Origin: an uncultured Verrucomicrobiae bacterium
GTDB lineage: Bacteria > Verrucomicrobiota > Verrucomicrobiia > Chthoniobacterales > Terrimicrobiaceae
Assembly (NCBI GenBank): GCA_963706955.1
Contig: CAVPOC010000008.1
Location: 256,001-320,000, forward strand
Length of the DNA stretch: 64,000 nt
Direction: 5' to 3'
In this document: piece by piece, positions 9,259-19,107 of the stretch
Position numbering within the stretch: the stretch's first letter is position 1
How the letters are laid out: each line of letters begins with the position of its first letter
Made by a program: the position numbers and the translations under genes
The notes under the pieces: generated by a model
What the model was told of the DNA's origin: nothing
The model's database searches: none
What the model saw: only the letters and a program-made list of their open reading frames with translations

Positions 9259-12200
9259 ATGCTGCGCCACATCCCACTCGCCGAAGATCTTGCGCTGAAG
9301 CGCCTGGTCACCACCCCCCTCGATCAAAAACCCGGCTTCGCCTGGCGAGATGCTCTCGGCGATCCCTCCATGGAGGCGGCGCTTCCTGAGGTGGTTGTCA
9401 CGCGCGGCAAGGGAGATGAACGCCAGTTCAATTTGGCTGACGTCGCCGACGAAATCGGCGCTGCTCTGACGGACCTTCTACTTTCCCGGCAGGAGAAGGA
9501 TATTTTTAACGAGGAGAATCGAGCGTTCGTGGCGAACGTCGCCCACTCGGTGGCTACACGGCTTTTGGAGCACGTTCGCGAAGGGCACGGCCTGAAGCTG
9601 TCCGACTATGATCTTTCCTTGCTCATCGAAAAAGCCCTCATCGAGAATGACGCGCACGATGTCGCCAAAAGTCTCGTCTTCAAGCGCTCCGTGCGAGGGG
9701 TGGCCGACCTGGCCAACGAGCTCGCGAGTGAGCGGCCGACCGTGGCTCAGGTCGCAGTTCGGCTGATCCGTCGCAACGGCACGGTGGTTCCTTGGAACGA
9801 GAGCAAAATTGAAATCGCCTGCCGCAAGGCATTTCTCACGACAAAGGAGAACCCTGAAAGTGCGATCAAGATCGCTCGTGCGGTCGGTGCCCGCGTCCGC
9901 CGCGGCGAGAGCGCCTTCGTTCACATCGAAGATGTGCAGGACATGGTTCAAGAGGAGCTCATGCGGCAGGGATTCTATAAGGTCGCCGAGAGCTACATTC
10001 TCTACCGAGCTCAACGGACCCGCATGCGCGAGGAGGCGGCTCAACCTGTGCCCGACGCAGAGCAGGAGTCACTGGTGGTCGTCCGGGGAAAGAATGGGCA
10101 GAGCGTGTTCTGGGACGGAAGCGAACTCAAACGTCGCATTCAATTTGCCACCATCGGGCTAGACCTGTGCTTCGATGAGCGTCGCATCGAACGGGAGCTT
10201 CGCCGCTCGATTGGCGCTGAAATCAGTGAGGAAGGCTTGCGCAGCACCATCATCCTCAACGCAAGATCGCTCATCGAAAAGGATGCGGACTTCGCCAAGT
10301 TCGCCGCTCGCATTCTCCTCTCCTACATTTACGAGGAGGTCCTCGATTGGAGCATTATGCGCGACGGCATCGAAGGTCTCCGAGAAGCGCACCGGAAGGC
10401 CTTTAAAGCCTACTTGCGCCACGGGGTGGCCATCGAACGACTCAGCCCCAAGGTCCTTCAGTATGATATCGAGAAGCTCGCCGAGACTTTGGACCCATCG
10501 GCGGATCTCGATTTCGAGTACCTCGGCATCCAAACTCTGTACGACCGCTATCTGATTGTCGATAAGACCCGTCAGCCGACCCGCCGTATTGAGACCCCGC
10601 AGTTCTTCTGGATGCGCGTCGCCATGGGGCTATTTATTCAAGAGGAGAGGGATCGTGAGGAATGGGTAGCTCGCCTCTACAATCTCTACAAATCGCGCCG
10701 CTTCTGCTCGAGCACACCTACGCTCTTTAATTCCGGCACACCGCATAGCCAGCTGTCGAGCTGCTACCTCTATAAGGTTGATGACAATATCGAGAGCATC
10801 ATGCTCCGCGGAATCGCCGAAAACGCTTTCCTTTCCAAGTGGGCTGGAGGACTCGGCGGATCCTGGACGTCGGTTCGTGGGACCGGGAGCTACATCAAAG
10901 GGACCAATGGAGAAAGCCAGGGGGTTATCCCCTTCCTCAAGCTGCACAACGACCAGCTCGTGGCCGTCAATCAGGGAGGAAAACGCCGCGGCTCCGGCTG
11001 TGCCTACTTGGAAACCTGGCACAACGATATCGAAGATTTCCTCAAGCTGCGGATCAATACTGGCGATGAACGGCGCCGCACCCACGACCTTAACACGGCC
11101 AACTGGGTGCCGGATCTTTTCATGAAGCGAATGGAGGCACGCGAACCGTGGACGCTGTTCCGCTCAAACGAGGTCCCAGACCTGCATGATGCTTACGGCC
11201 GAAAGTTTGAGGAGCGCTACCTCCATTACGAACGTCTCGCCAAGGAGGGCAAGATCTACGGACGTCCGATTCCTGCCATTGATCTCTGGAAAGAGATGCT
11301 CAAGGCTCTCTTCGAGACCGGCCATCCATGGCTGACGTTCAAGGATCCCTGCAACTTACGCTCGCCGCAAGATCACGTCGGGGTGATCCACTCGTCGAAT
11401 CTTTGCACCGAGGTCACTCTCAACAGCAGCGAAGAAGAGACAGCTGTTTGCAATCTTGGTTCTGTCATTCTCGATACGCACATCAGAGACGACGGCTCGC
11501 TTGATTTTGAAACTCTTCGAGAAACAATCACCGTCGCGGTCAGAGCGCTCGATAACGTCATCGACATCAACTTCTACCCGACCGAAGCGGCCAGACGAGC
11601 CAACATGCGTCACCGGCCCGTCGGCTTGGGCGTCATGGGTCTGCAGAACGCTCTCGTTAAGAAGGGCATCAGTTTTGCCGATCGCGAGGCGATCGAGTTC
11701 AATGACGAATTCATGGAGGCAGTCGCTTACTCTGCTTACAGCGCCTCCAGTGAATTAGCCGCCGAGCGCGGGACCTACGCGAGCTACCGCGGGTCGAAAT
11801 GGGATCGCGGTTTGCTTCCCCAGGATACCATCGAGATTCTCGAAAAGGAACGCGGGATCAAGATCGATGTGCCGCGCGGAGGCCGGCTCGATTGGAATCC
11901 GGTTCGGGACAAGATCAGGAAACATGGCATGCGCAATTCCAACGTCCTCGCCATCGCTCCCACTGCCACCATCTCGAATATCACGGGTACGACGCCCTGC
12001 ATCGAGCCGAACTACAAGAACCTCTACGTCAAATCGAATTTGTCCGGAGATTTCATTGTTCTCAATCGCGAGCTAGTCCTCGACCTGAAGAAGGAGGGGC
12101 TTTGGAACGAAGAAATGGTCGATCAGCTGAAGTACTTCGATGGCGAGCTCAAGGATGTCGAATCGATTCCCGAACATCTCAAGCGAAAGCACGTCACCGT

Positions 12201-12525
12201 GTTTTCGGTGGGATATGACGCGATCATTGATGCCGCCGGCCGCAGGCAGAAGTGGATCGATCAGTCACAATCCGTGAATCTTTTCCTAGCGCAGCCCGAT
12301 ATGAAAACTCTGAGCCACATGTATCGTCGTGCCTGGCATGTCGGCCTCAAGACAACTTACTATCTGCGGACGCTCCAAGCCTCCAACATCGAGAAATCCA
12401 CCGTCTCGGTGAAGAAGGAAATCAGCGGTGTTGCTGGGGGCAAGCGAGAACATTCCGCCGAGGAGCAGCTGGCTTGTTCGATCGAAGCCATGCGCAACGG
12501 CGCCGAGTGCGAGGCCTGCCAGTAG
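9259..12525 (+). CDS. nrdA: Ribonucleotide reductase class I alpha subunit with an extended N-terminus (up to three ATP cones)
   Basis: TPTLFNSG, QLSSCY, SNLCTE, VCNLGS, APTATIS, KTTYYLR and C-terminal CEACQ. Confidence 0.96.
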   Translation: MLRHIPLAEDLALKRLVTTPLDQKPGFAWRDALGDPSMEAALPEVVVTRGKGDERQFNLADVADEIGAALTDLLLSRQEKDIFNEENRAFVANVAHSVATRLLEHVREGHGLKLSDYDLSLLIEKALIENDAHDVAKSLVFKRSVRGVADLANELASERPTVAQVAVRLIRRNGTVVPWNESKIEIACRKAFLTTKENPESAIKIARAVGARVRRGESAFVHIEDVQDMVQEELMRQGFYKVAESYILYRAQRTRMREEAAQPVPDAEQESLVVVRGKNGQSVFWDGSELKRRIQFATIGLDLCFDERRIERELRRSIGAEISEEGLRSTIILNARSLIEKDADFAKFAARILLSYIYEEVLDWSIMRDGIEGLREAHRKAFKAYLRHGVAIERLSPKVLQYDIEKLAETLDPSADLDFEYLGIQTLYDRYLIVDKTRQPTRRIETPQFFWMRVAMGLFIQEERDREEWVARLYNLYKSRRFCSSTPTLFNSGTPHSQLSSCYLYKVDDNIESIMLRGIAENAFLSKWAGGLGGSWTSVRGTGSYIKGTNGESQGVIPFLKLHNDQLVAVNQGGKRRGSGCAYLETWHNDIEDFLKLRINTGDERRRTHDLNTANWVPDLFMKRMEAREPWTLFRSNEVPDLHDAYGRKFEERYLHYERLAKEGKIYGRPIPAIDLWKEMLKALFETGHPWLTFKDPCNLRSPQDHVGVIHSSNLCTEVTLNSSEEETAVCNLGSVILDTHIRDDGSLDFETLRETITVAVRALDNVIDINFYPTEAARRANMRHRPVGLGVMGLQNALVKKGISFADREAIEFNDEFMEAVAYSAYSASSELAAERGTYASYRGSKWDRGLLPQDTIEILEKERGIKIDVPRGGRLDWNPVRDKIRKHGMRNSNVLAIAPTATISNITGTTPCIEPNYKNLYVKSNLSGDFIVLNRELVLDLKKEGLWNEEMVDQLKYFDGELKDVESIPEHLKRKHVTVFSVGYDAIIDAAGRRQKWIDQSQSVNLFLAQPDMKTLSHMYRRAWHVGLKTTYYLRTLQASNIEKSTVSVKKEISGVAGGKREHSAEEQLACSIEAMRNGAECEACQ

Positions 12526-12590
12526 TGCAACTCCAGATGGCGCTTAAGCGTGTTAAGGAATATCGTGCCCGCCCCGAAACTCGTAAAAGC

Positions 12591-12656
12591 TTGTAGAGGC
12601 AGTTGTGCCAACCGCCTGTGAATTTCGCTGGGCGCTTGACACAAGCGCCCCTACAA
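12591..12656. repeat. GTAG-type REP doublet (REPIN-like), inverted pair
   Basis: TTGTAGA-GGCAGTTG-TGC-CAACCGCC (12591-12616, +) faces TTGTAGG-GGCGCTTG-TGT-CAAGCGCC (12631-12656, -), between convergent genes. Confidence 0.75.
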
Positions 12657-12692
12657 CTTGTCGGTTCCGGACGTGAAATTTTCTCTACCGCT

Positions 12693-13577
12693 CTAAAGCC
12701 GAAATTTCGGGACATACAATTCTCCGGCCAATTCGACCACCCGCGCCCAGGCGGCCTCACACTTGGTCACGGTTCGGCGCAGCTCTGGCGCCGTCTGACC
12801 TGGTTGCGCCAATAGCGCCCGCATTTGCTCGACGTGGGCCGGCGGTGCGATTTTGAACCTGGCGATCATCTCCATCGCGTTCTTGTCAGTCATGAAATAG
12901 ACTTCGTTAAGAGCAAAGAGAGCCTGGGTGAGGACGCCCGCTACCCGCGTCAGGCAACCGACGGTATTGTAAGTGTCTGCTTGGGCAGCAAATTTGTGGG
13001 CATGGTTCAGTGTGAATTCCGCGATCCAGAGCGAATCAGCTATGATCCGCTGCCTGAGAGTAGAAGGATACTTCGCAACCTTTCCTTTTAGATCAGCGAC
13101 TCGTCCCATGGGATCGTGCAAGGGAAGGCAGGCTGCTGTTTCGGCCAGGTAGATGACGCTGTAAAAGCCGTAGACTGGTTGTTGATAGAAATCGTGGCGA
13201 ACAATTCCCCGCTGCGCTTCGTCAATGGTCTGCCACACTTGATCGAGGTTGCGGTAAAGAAGATCAAGCTTGCCTGCGGTTGTCTGTATCCATGCGCCAC
13301 CATTGACCCAGGGACCCCATCCATAAAAATCTGTCACAACCGGGTCGTTGTGGCGCGAAACGGCCGCGGCGATGCGACGGATCTCGCCAATCGCAAACGG
13401 CGTTTCCGGCTCATAGTAAATTGCGACATCAAGATCGGAATCTTCACGCTGAGTTCCGCAAGCGTAGGAACCGCCCAAGACGACCGCCGCTACCCCGGGC
13501 ACCCGTTTCAATTCGTCCACCACAGCTCGTAGCAACTCGCCCTGCTGACGCGAAATTGTTCCCGGCAGTTCAATCAT
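12693..13577 (-). CDS. Pol-beta-superfamily nucleotidyltransferase domain protein (DUF4037-like C-terminus)
   Basis: GGSYACG...DSDLD nucleotidyltransferase motif and the WGPWVNGGAW motif. Confidence 0.8.
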   Translation of the reverse strand: MIELPGTISRQQGELLRAVVDELKRVPGVAAVVLGGSYACGTQREDSDLDVAIYYEPETPFAIGEIRRIAAAVSRHNDPVVTDFYGWGPWVNGGAWIQTTAGKLDLLYRNLDQVWQTIDEAQRGIVRHDFYQQPVYGFYSVIYLAETAACLPLHDPMGRVADLKGKVAKYPSTLRQRIIADSLWIAEFTLNHAHKFAAQADTYNTVGCLTRVAGVLTQALFALNEVYFMTDKNAMEMIARFKIAPPAHVEQMRALLAQPGQTAPELRRTVTKCEAAWARVVELAGELYVPKFRL

Positions 13578-13786
13578 AGAGTTGAGATTCCCATCGGCGC
13601 AAATAATCTCCCGTCTGGTCGCGAACCATTCAGCTGGCCAAGGACGACTCGAACGAGAGTTCTGCGGGCTCTGTCCCGCAGATCATACCCATGGCTGACA
13701 GCGGCGCGACCGCCTTGTGGGAGGCGCCGCACGCAAGAAAACTCCTCCTGTTCATATATTTATTCTTTAGGTTCAATTATGATCTG

Positions 13787-14986
13787 ATGAGTATGCATTT
13801 TGATTCCATCCCTGACGCCATTGCCGACATCCGAAAAGGGCGAATGGTCATCGTCACCGATGATGCTGATCGCGAAAACGAAGGTGATCTTGTCATGGCG
13901 GCTTCAAAGATTACGCCCACTGCGGTCAACTTTATGGCCAAATATGGGCGGGGGTTGATCTGCGCACCAGTTACCGAGGAACGCGCGCAGCAATTGGGGT
14001 TGCAACGAATGGTCGCGCACAACCGCGAAATGCATAAGACGGATTTCACCGTGTCGGTTGATGCTTCGAGGGGTATTGCCACCGGTATCAGCTCACGGGA
14101 CCGGGCCGCCACCATTCAGGTATTGGCCAGTCCTGACTCGCTCTCGAGTGAACTCGTGCAGCCGGGCCACGTTTTTCCACTGCAGGGCAAACCCGGCGGG
14201 GTTCTCCGGCGAGCTGGACACACCGAAGCCTCCATTGATCTGGCCCGCCTGGCAGGACTTGATCCATCTGCCGTCGTTTGCGAAATCCTGAACGAGGATG
14301 GCTCGATGGCGCGATTGCCCCAGCTTTTGAAGTTTAAGAAAAAGCATGGGCTTAAGATCTGCTGCATTCAGGATTTGATTGCCTACCGTCGAAAGCGGGA
14401 AAAACTTGTCGAGCGCGAGCAAACGGTTTCGCTGCCGACAGAGTACGGCGATTTCGAGTTGCACCTTTATCGATCCACGGTTGACGAGCGCCACCATCTC
14501 GCCTTGGTCAAGGGGACGATCGACCCGACCCAACCCACTTTGGTTCGCGTTCACAGTGAGTGTCTAACGGGCGATGTCTTTGCTTCCAAACGCTGCGATT
14601 GTGGTTCGCAGCTTCATCAGGCGCTCGCACAAATCGAGCAGGCTGGCACGGGCGTCCTTGTTTACATGCGCCAAGAGGGCCGGGGAATCGGACTAGCTCC
14701 AAAGATTCACGCCTACAAGCTGCAGGAGCAAGGGCTCGATACGGTCCAGGCCAACGAAAGGCTTGGGTTTCCTGTGGATCTTCGCGATTACGGGCTCGGC
14801 GCGCAGATCCTCGTCGATCTCGGCGTGCGCAAGATTCGCTTGCTGACTAACAATCCCCGCAAGGTGGTCGGCCTGGAGGGTCATGATCTCGAAATCGTCG
14901 AACAACTTCCTATTCGATCGACCGCGAATCCGCACAACGCCGGATACTTGGCGACGAAAAAGACGAAGCTTGGCCATCTTCTCTAG
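13787..14986 (+). CDS. ribBA: Bifunctional DHBP synthase / GTP cyclohydrolase II
   Basis: DRENEGD, PGHVFPL, GHTEA, RVHSECLTGD, CDCG, QEGRGIG and LLTNNP motifs. Confidence 0.97.
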   Translation: MSMHFDSIPDAIADIRKGRMVIVTDDADRENEGDLVMAASKITPTAVNFMAKYGRGLICAPVTEERAQQLGLQRMVAHNREMHKTDFTVSVDASRGIATGISSRDRAATIQVLASPDSLSSELVQPGHVFPLQGKPGGVLRRAGHTEASIDLARLAGLDPSAVVCEILNEDGSMARLPQLLKFKKKHGLKICCIQDLIAYRRKREKLVEREQTVSLPTEYGDFELHLYRSTVDERHHLALVKGTIDPTQPTLVRVHSECLTGDVFASKRCDCGSQLHQALAQIEQAGTGVLVYMRQEGRGIGLAPKIHAYKLQEQGLDTVQANERLGFPVDLRDYGLGAQILVDLGVRKIRLLTNNPRKVVGLEGHDLEIVEQLPIRSTANPHNAGYLATKKTKLGHLL

Positions 14987-15065
14987 GGAGGCGTTCCTCC
15001 AGACGACGTCCGGTGCTCGGACATTGGACTTGAGAGTGTGCCCAATTGCGCCAACATCTGTGCAG

Positions 15066-15551
15066 ATGCCGAAAACTTCCATCACCCGTCCGCGCACAGC
15101 CAGGAAGTCGCGCTTCTCCTTCGCCATTGTGGCCAGTCGTTACAACGATACTTATGTGCAGGCACTGGTAGATTCCGCCATGTCCGAGCTAAACGAAATC
15201 GAACCTGGCGCGGGCGTTCATCTGGTGAGGGTTCCGGGCTCGTTCGAGATCCCATTGGCGGTGAAGCTCGTCGCGATGCAGAAGAAGGTCGATGCCATTC
15301 TTGCGCTCGGAGTTGTTTTGCGCGGGGAGACAGCCCACGCCGATCTTGTCGCACGGAGCGTAACAACTGCCCTCATGAATCTCTCGCTGGAGCTAAGAAT
15401 TCCAGTCATTCATGAGGTCCTCCTCCTCGACAACGAAGAACAGGCCAAGGCGCGTTGCCTCGGCAAGGAACTCAATCGGGGGACCGAGGCGGCGCGCGCG
15501 GCGGTCTCGATTACCCGCACGGTCAACGATCTCTCCTTGCCGGTCCAATAG
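15066..15551 (+). CDS. ribH: 6,7-dimethyl-8-ribityllumazine synthase
   Basis: IVASRYN, VPGSFEIP and LGVVLRGETAH motifs; follows ribBA. Confidence 0.95.
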   Translation: MPKTSITRPRTARKSRFSFAIVASRYNDTYVQALVDSAMSELNEIEPGAGVHLVRVPGSFEIPLAVKLVAMQKKVDAILALGVVLRGETAHADLVARSVTTALMNLSLELRIPVIHEVLLLDNEEQAKARCLGKELNRGTEAARAAVSITRTVNDLSLPVQ

Positions 15552-15556
15552 ATCAT

Positions 15557-16003
15557 ATGGGCGTTCGACGCGAGGGCCGCGAAGCGGCCGTCCAATACCT
15601 TTACCTTCGTGACCTGAACGGAGACAGCGACCTTCCTGCCTACTACAAATTTCGCGGTCTGAGTCCAAGTGCCCGTCGATTCTCGGATAAGCTAATCCAA
15701 GGCACTGTCGAACATCAGCCAGCCATCGACGACACCATTCGCGGAAACACGCAAAACTATGAACTCGGGCGCATCTCCGTGGTCGATCGCAACGTCCTCA
15801 GGGTAGCCATCTTCGAGATGCTTCATTGTCCGGAAATTCCGCCGGTCGTCTCGATCAACGAAGCGATCGAAATCGCCAAGAAGTACAGCACCGAGGAATC
15901 GGGACGCTTCGTCAATGGCGTTCTCGATCAGGTTCTGAGTGCTCTCCACCGGCCTGCGCGCACGGCTCGACAGGGTGCTCGCGAGGAGAGCGAACCAAGC
16001 TAA
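15557..16003 (+). CDS. nusB: Transcription antitermination factor NusB
   Basis: RREGREAAVQYLY, VDRNVLR, INEAIEIAKKYS and FVNGVLD; conserved ribH-nusB order. Confidence 0.95.
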   Translation: MGVRREGREAAVQYLYLRDLNGDSDLPAYYKFRGLSPSARRFSDKLIQGTVEHQPAIDDTIRGNTQNYELGRISVVDRNVLRVAIFEMLHCPEIPPVVSINEAIEIAKKYSTEESGRFVNGVLDQVLSALHRPARTARQGAREESEPS

Positions 16004-16025
16004 GGGGAGCCGCCCAGCCACCGCC

Positions 16026-16874
16026 ATGCCGCTCGGTTTCCTGAAAAGTCTTGTCACAAAGTTCAGTGCCCGGCCGGTCGACTGGGATGAACTCGAGGAA
16101 ACGCTTCTGCGCGCGGATCTTGGCGTACCAATGACGTTGCGGATTCTTGACGCCTTGCGCGAACGAGGAAATGAAGTAGATGCCGAGACAGCGGCTGAGG
16201 TTTGTCGTCGCGAAATTCTGGAGGTTATCCCCGCGGCGGCGGCATTGATTCCGCCTTTGCCGGCGAAACCCAAGGCGATTCTACTGGTCGGCGTCAACGG
16301 CACTGGAAAGACCACTTCGGCCGCGAAATTGGCCTACTGGTTCAAAGAAAACCGCCACAGCAACCTCCTCGTGGCCGCGGACACCTTTCGCGCTGCCGCG
16401 ATCGAGCAATTGCAGGCTTGGGGCGAACGCATTGGCGGAGAGGTCGTCACGGGCCAATATGGCGGCGACGCCGCCGCGCTCTGTTACGATGCCTGGGCAA
16501 CCGCCTATCGCAGAAATATTGAATTCCTCATCTGTGATACAGCAGGACGCCTGCATACCAAAGGCAATCTCATGCAGGAGCTGGCCAAGGTGAGTCGCAC
16601 CCTCTCCAAACATGATTCCGACGCGCCACACGAGCGCCTCCTTGTCGTCGATGCTACGACGGGTTCAAATGCTCTCGTCCAAGCCAAGGAGTTTGATCAG
16701 GCGGTGGGCCTCACCGGAATCATTCTCACCAAGCTTGACGGGAGCGGAAAAGGCGGCGTCGCCGTCGCCATTCAACACGAACTGGGAGTGCCGACTCGCT
16801 TCATCGGCACTGGAGAGAAACTGCCAGACTTCGCCCTGTTTGATCGCGATCAGTTTGTAAACCAGATGCTCTGA
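16026..16874 (+). CDS. ftsY: Signal recognition particle receptor FtsY (NG domain only)
   Basis: GVNGTGKTT, DTFRAAA, DTAGR and TKLDGSGKGG motifs. Confidence 0.96.
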   Translation: MPLGFLKSLVTKFSARPVDWDELEETLLRADLGVPMTLRILDALRERGNEVDAETAAEVCRREILEVIPAAAALIPPLPAKPKAILLVGVNGTGKTTSAAKLAYWFKENRHSNLLVAADTFRAAAIEQLQAWGERIGGEVVTGQYGGDAAALCYDAWATAYRRNIEFLICDTAGRLHTKGNLMQELAKVSRTLSKHDSDAPHERLLVVDATTGSNALVQAKEFDQAVGLTGIILTKLDGSGKGGVAVAIQHELGVPTRFIGTGEKLPDFALFDRDQFVNQML

Positions 16875-16906
16875 TCGGCGAGCAACTGGTGCTTCGAGTC
16901 TCCGGG

Positions 16907-17452
16907 CTAGTAGCCTCGATAGTGGAGGCTCAGCAGCCGATAGCTGTCGGAGCCATTATCCGCAGTATAGTAGTAGAGGACGAGCGTCGTCGTATCTTGC
17001 GTCCATTGGTAGCCAATAAGCGTTTCGAGGATGTCTCCATCCCTTGTTTTTTGGCGGGCGACAACACGCCCAATTCCATACTTGGCCTCAATGTTGCGGC
17101 GTGTCTGATCGAAGAAATTGCCGTAACGCTCGGCGTCCCAGTCAGAGTCGCCATAGTGGAGCTCTATTTCGTTGAGCGAATCGTTGTCGAAGTAGAACAA
17201 GGCGCGCTGCAAGAGCCGTTGGGGAATTCCTTCCACGACAAGACACTGCCGGTTGCGAACTTTCTTGCGATCGACGACGCGCGCCTGCACCCGCTTGAGA
17301 CCGTCTTCAAGTCGCTGGGCAGCCTCTCCCCACGCAAAGTTGAATGGAACCTTGATCTCCTCAGCCGCCCAGGCAGGCTCCGTCAGCGACCAGCAGAGAA
17401 AAGCTGCCCAGCAGATCAGACTTCTGGAAATCAGTTGCGAGTAATTAGTCAT
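16907..17452 (-). CDS. Hypothetical exported protein
   Basis: Signal peptide-like N-terminus ending AWA-A, followed by a PFNFAWGE motif and a globular composition. Confidence 0.7.
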   Translation of the reverse strand: MTNYSQLISRSLICWAAFLCWSLTEPAWAAEEIKVPFNFAWGEAAQRLEDGLKRVQARVVDRKKVRNRQCLVVEGIPQRLLQRALFYFDNDSLNEIELHYGDSDWDAERYGNFFDQTRRNIEAKYGIGRVVARQKTRDGDILETLIGYQWTQDTTTLVLYYYTADNGSDSYRLLSLHYRGY

Positions 17453-17559
17453 GCCCAAAGCGAGTCGATCAGGCGCGGGCAACCTTGGCACCACCAAGCG
17501 ATCCGACCGATGCGAAATGCAAGAAAGACGTTTCTCGTCTTCGAGGCCTGACCTCAATG

Positions 17560-19107
17560 CTACGGAAGCTCGACATCTCCAGCATCGATTTCAACAATGT
17601 TTCCCAAACCCTTCACCGCGTATTCAGCCACCACAGCGCCATCCCCGGCATAGACTCTGAGCATCTTCTTTTCTGGCCGGAACTCGACAACGACCCGACG
17701 AACATTCGGCTGATTCGCGAGAAAGGCAAGTTGCAGTCCCGACTTTGTCTCCAGCCAGAGCCCGCCGTGATCGGAAGTCACCCGCACGGCGAGCTTCTGC
17801 GCCGAGGCAGAAAGCCCACCTGTGGAGAGTGGAACGTCGACTGCATCGATCTGAGGAACACTCCCGGCATCCGGAACCAGTTTGCCGTCAACCATCCCGA
17901 AGTTTTCACAACTCTGAATGACCTTCTCAAAATCCACCACCCACTCGGCCGTGCTTTTCGCTCCCAAAGACAGGACGCGAAGGCGCTGCGTTGCGCCACT
18001 TTTCTCGAGGACTGCGATCTCCTCGATGGCGGTCGAAGCACAAACTCGAATCGGCGAAAACTCGTCGCGATAAGCACGCAAAAATTCGCCCTGCCTGTTG
18101 AACTGTCCGGTGAAAGCTTTGCCGTCCTTTTCATCCAGGGCCGTCACCCAGAAGGTTTCGCCAAATCCAAAGGAGAGACTGGAGGCTGCGATGTTCAGAG
18201 GCAGCTGTTCCCATTTGCTGTCGGTGGTGGCCCAAAGTTGCCAGTAACTTGAGGAGGCGCCAAGCATCTGCTGGCCGTGCACCGCCAACGCATCAAAGGG
18301 AATAGGCTTGTCAATTTCTCCGATTGTCTCGAGGTTCGGCACTACGATCTTGGTGAGACCGGTTCGGGTCGCGACGAAAAGCGCGTCATCGCCGGCGGCG
18401 ATGCATTCGACCTGAGGGTTCGGTTGAGTCCCGATCACCGTGCCGACATTTATGTCCAGGAGATGAAGCGTGTCCCCGACCAAGACGGCGACGTAGTGCT
18501 CGGTCGTGGCCAATAGGCGATTCTTTGTTGGAGGAGATAAGTCCGCCTCGGAAAACTGCGCCAGGTGATACCTTGGCTCGCCAGTCGGGGACGCCGCCTC
18601 TTCGGCTAGCGTCGGCGGAACCGACGCTCCCAGAGACGTGGTCCAGAGAAACCCTCTAAGCTGATCGAAGCGAAAGACGAGCGGATGTGTGTCGTTCAAG
18701 GCCTGCGCCAGCACGACGACTCCTCCGGGTTGCTTGCGAAAATCATCGATTCGCGTGATGTGAGGCGCTTTCTCATCCACCCAGTCATTGAAATGGTAGG
18801 CGATCCCTTCAGCTTTCAGCTTATCAGTGACCAGATAGCCGCGGACCCGGTATTGTCCTGGCGGCAACGCTTGGCCGAAATCATCCCTGCCGTCCCACCT
18901 CGCAATTAGGCCGTTCAGACCGATAACGAAATCCGTCTCGGCCGCGCTTACGTAGAGCGTCCGCCTCAGCTTACCGATCGAGTCGAAAACCCCCAGACTA
19001 ATTCGGCCCTCGGCTTCCGGCAGCGCGAAAGCAAAGCGCTGCTCCCGCTCGGACGACAAAGCCGGCAGCAATCCCGCGAGAAGCGCTGCGAAGAGAATTC
19101 TCCTCAA
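17560..19107 (-). CDS. Exported protein with an N-terminal FlgD Ig-like domain and a beta-propeller-like region
   Basis: Signal peptide, then SLGVFDSIGKLRRTL...WDGRDDFGQALPPGQY. GTG start overlaps the GH57 stop. Confidence 0.75.
   Translation of the reverse strand: MRRILFAALLAGLLPALSSEREQRFAFALPEAEGRISLGVFDSIGKLRRTLYVSAAETDFVIGLNGLIARWDGRDDFGQALPPGQYRVRGYLVTDKLKAEGIAYHFNDWVDEKAPHITRIDDFRKQPGGVVVLAQALNDTHPLVFRFDQLRGFLWTTSLGASVPPTLAEEAASPTGEPRYHLAQFSEADLSPPTKNRLLATTEHYVAVLVGDTLHLLDINVGTVIGTQPNPQVECIAAGDDALFVATRTGLTKIVVPNLETIGEIDKPIPFDALAVHGQQMLGASSSYWQLWATTDSKWEQLPLNIAASSLSFGFGETFWVTALDEKDGKAFTGQFNRQGEFLRAYRDEFSPIRVCASTAIEEIAVLEKSGATQRLRVLSLGAKSTAEWVVDFEKVIQSCENFGMVDGKLVPDAGSVPQIDAVDVPLSTGGLSASAQKLAVRVTSDHGGLWLETKSGLQLAFLANQPNVRRVVVEFRPEKKMLRVYAGDGAVVAEYAVKGLGNIVEIDAGDVELP

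Noticed and set aside
13580..13786. FMN riboswitch upstream of ribBA
   Set aside because: None of the conserved RFN sequence blocks is recognisable on either strand.
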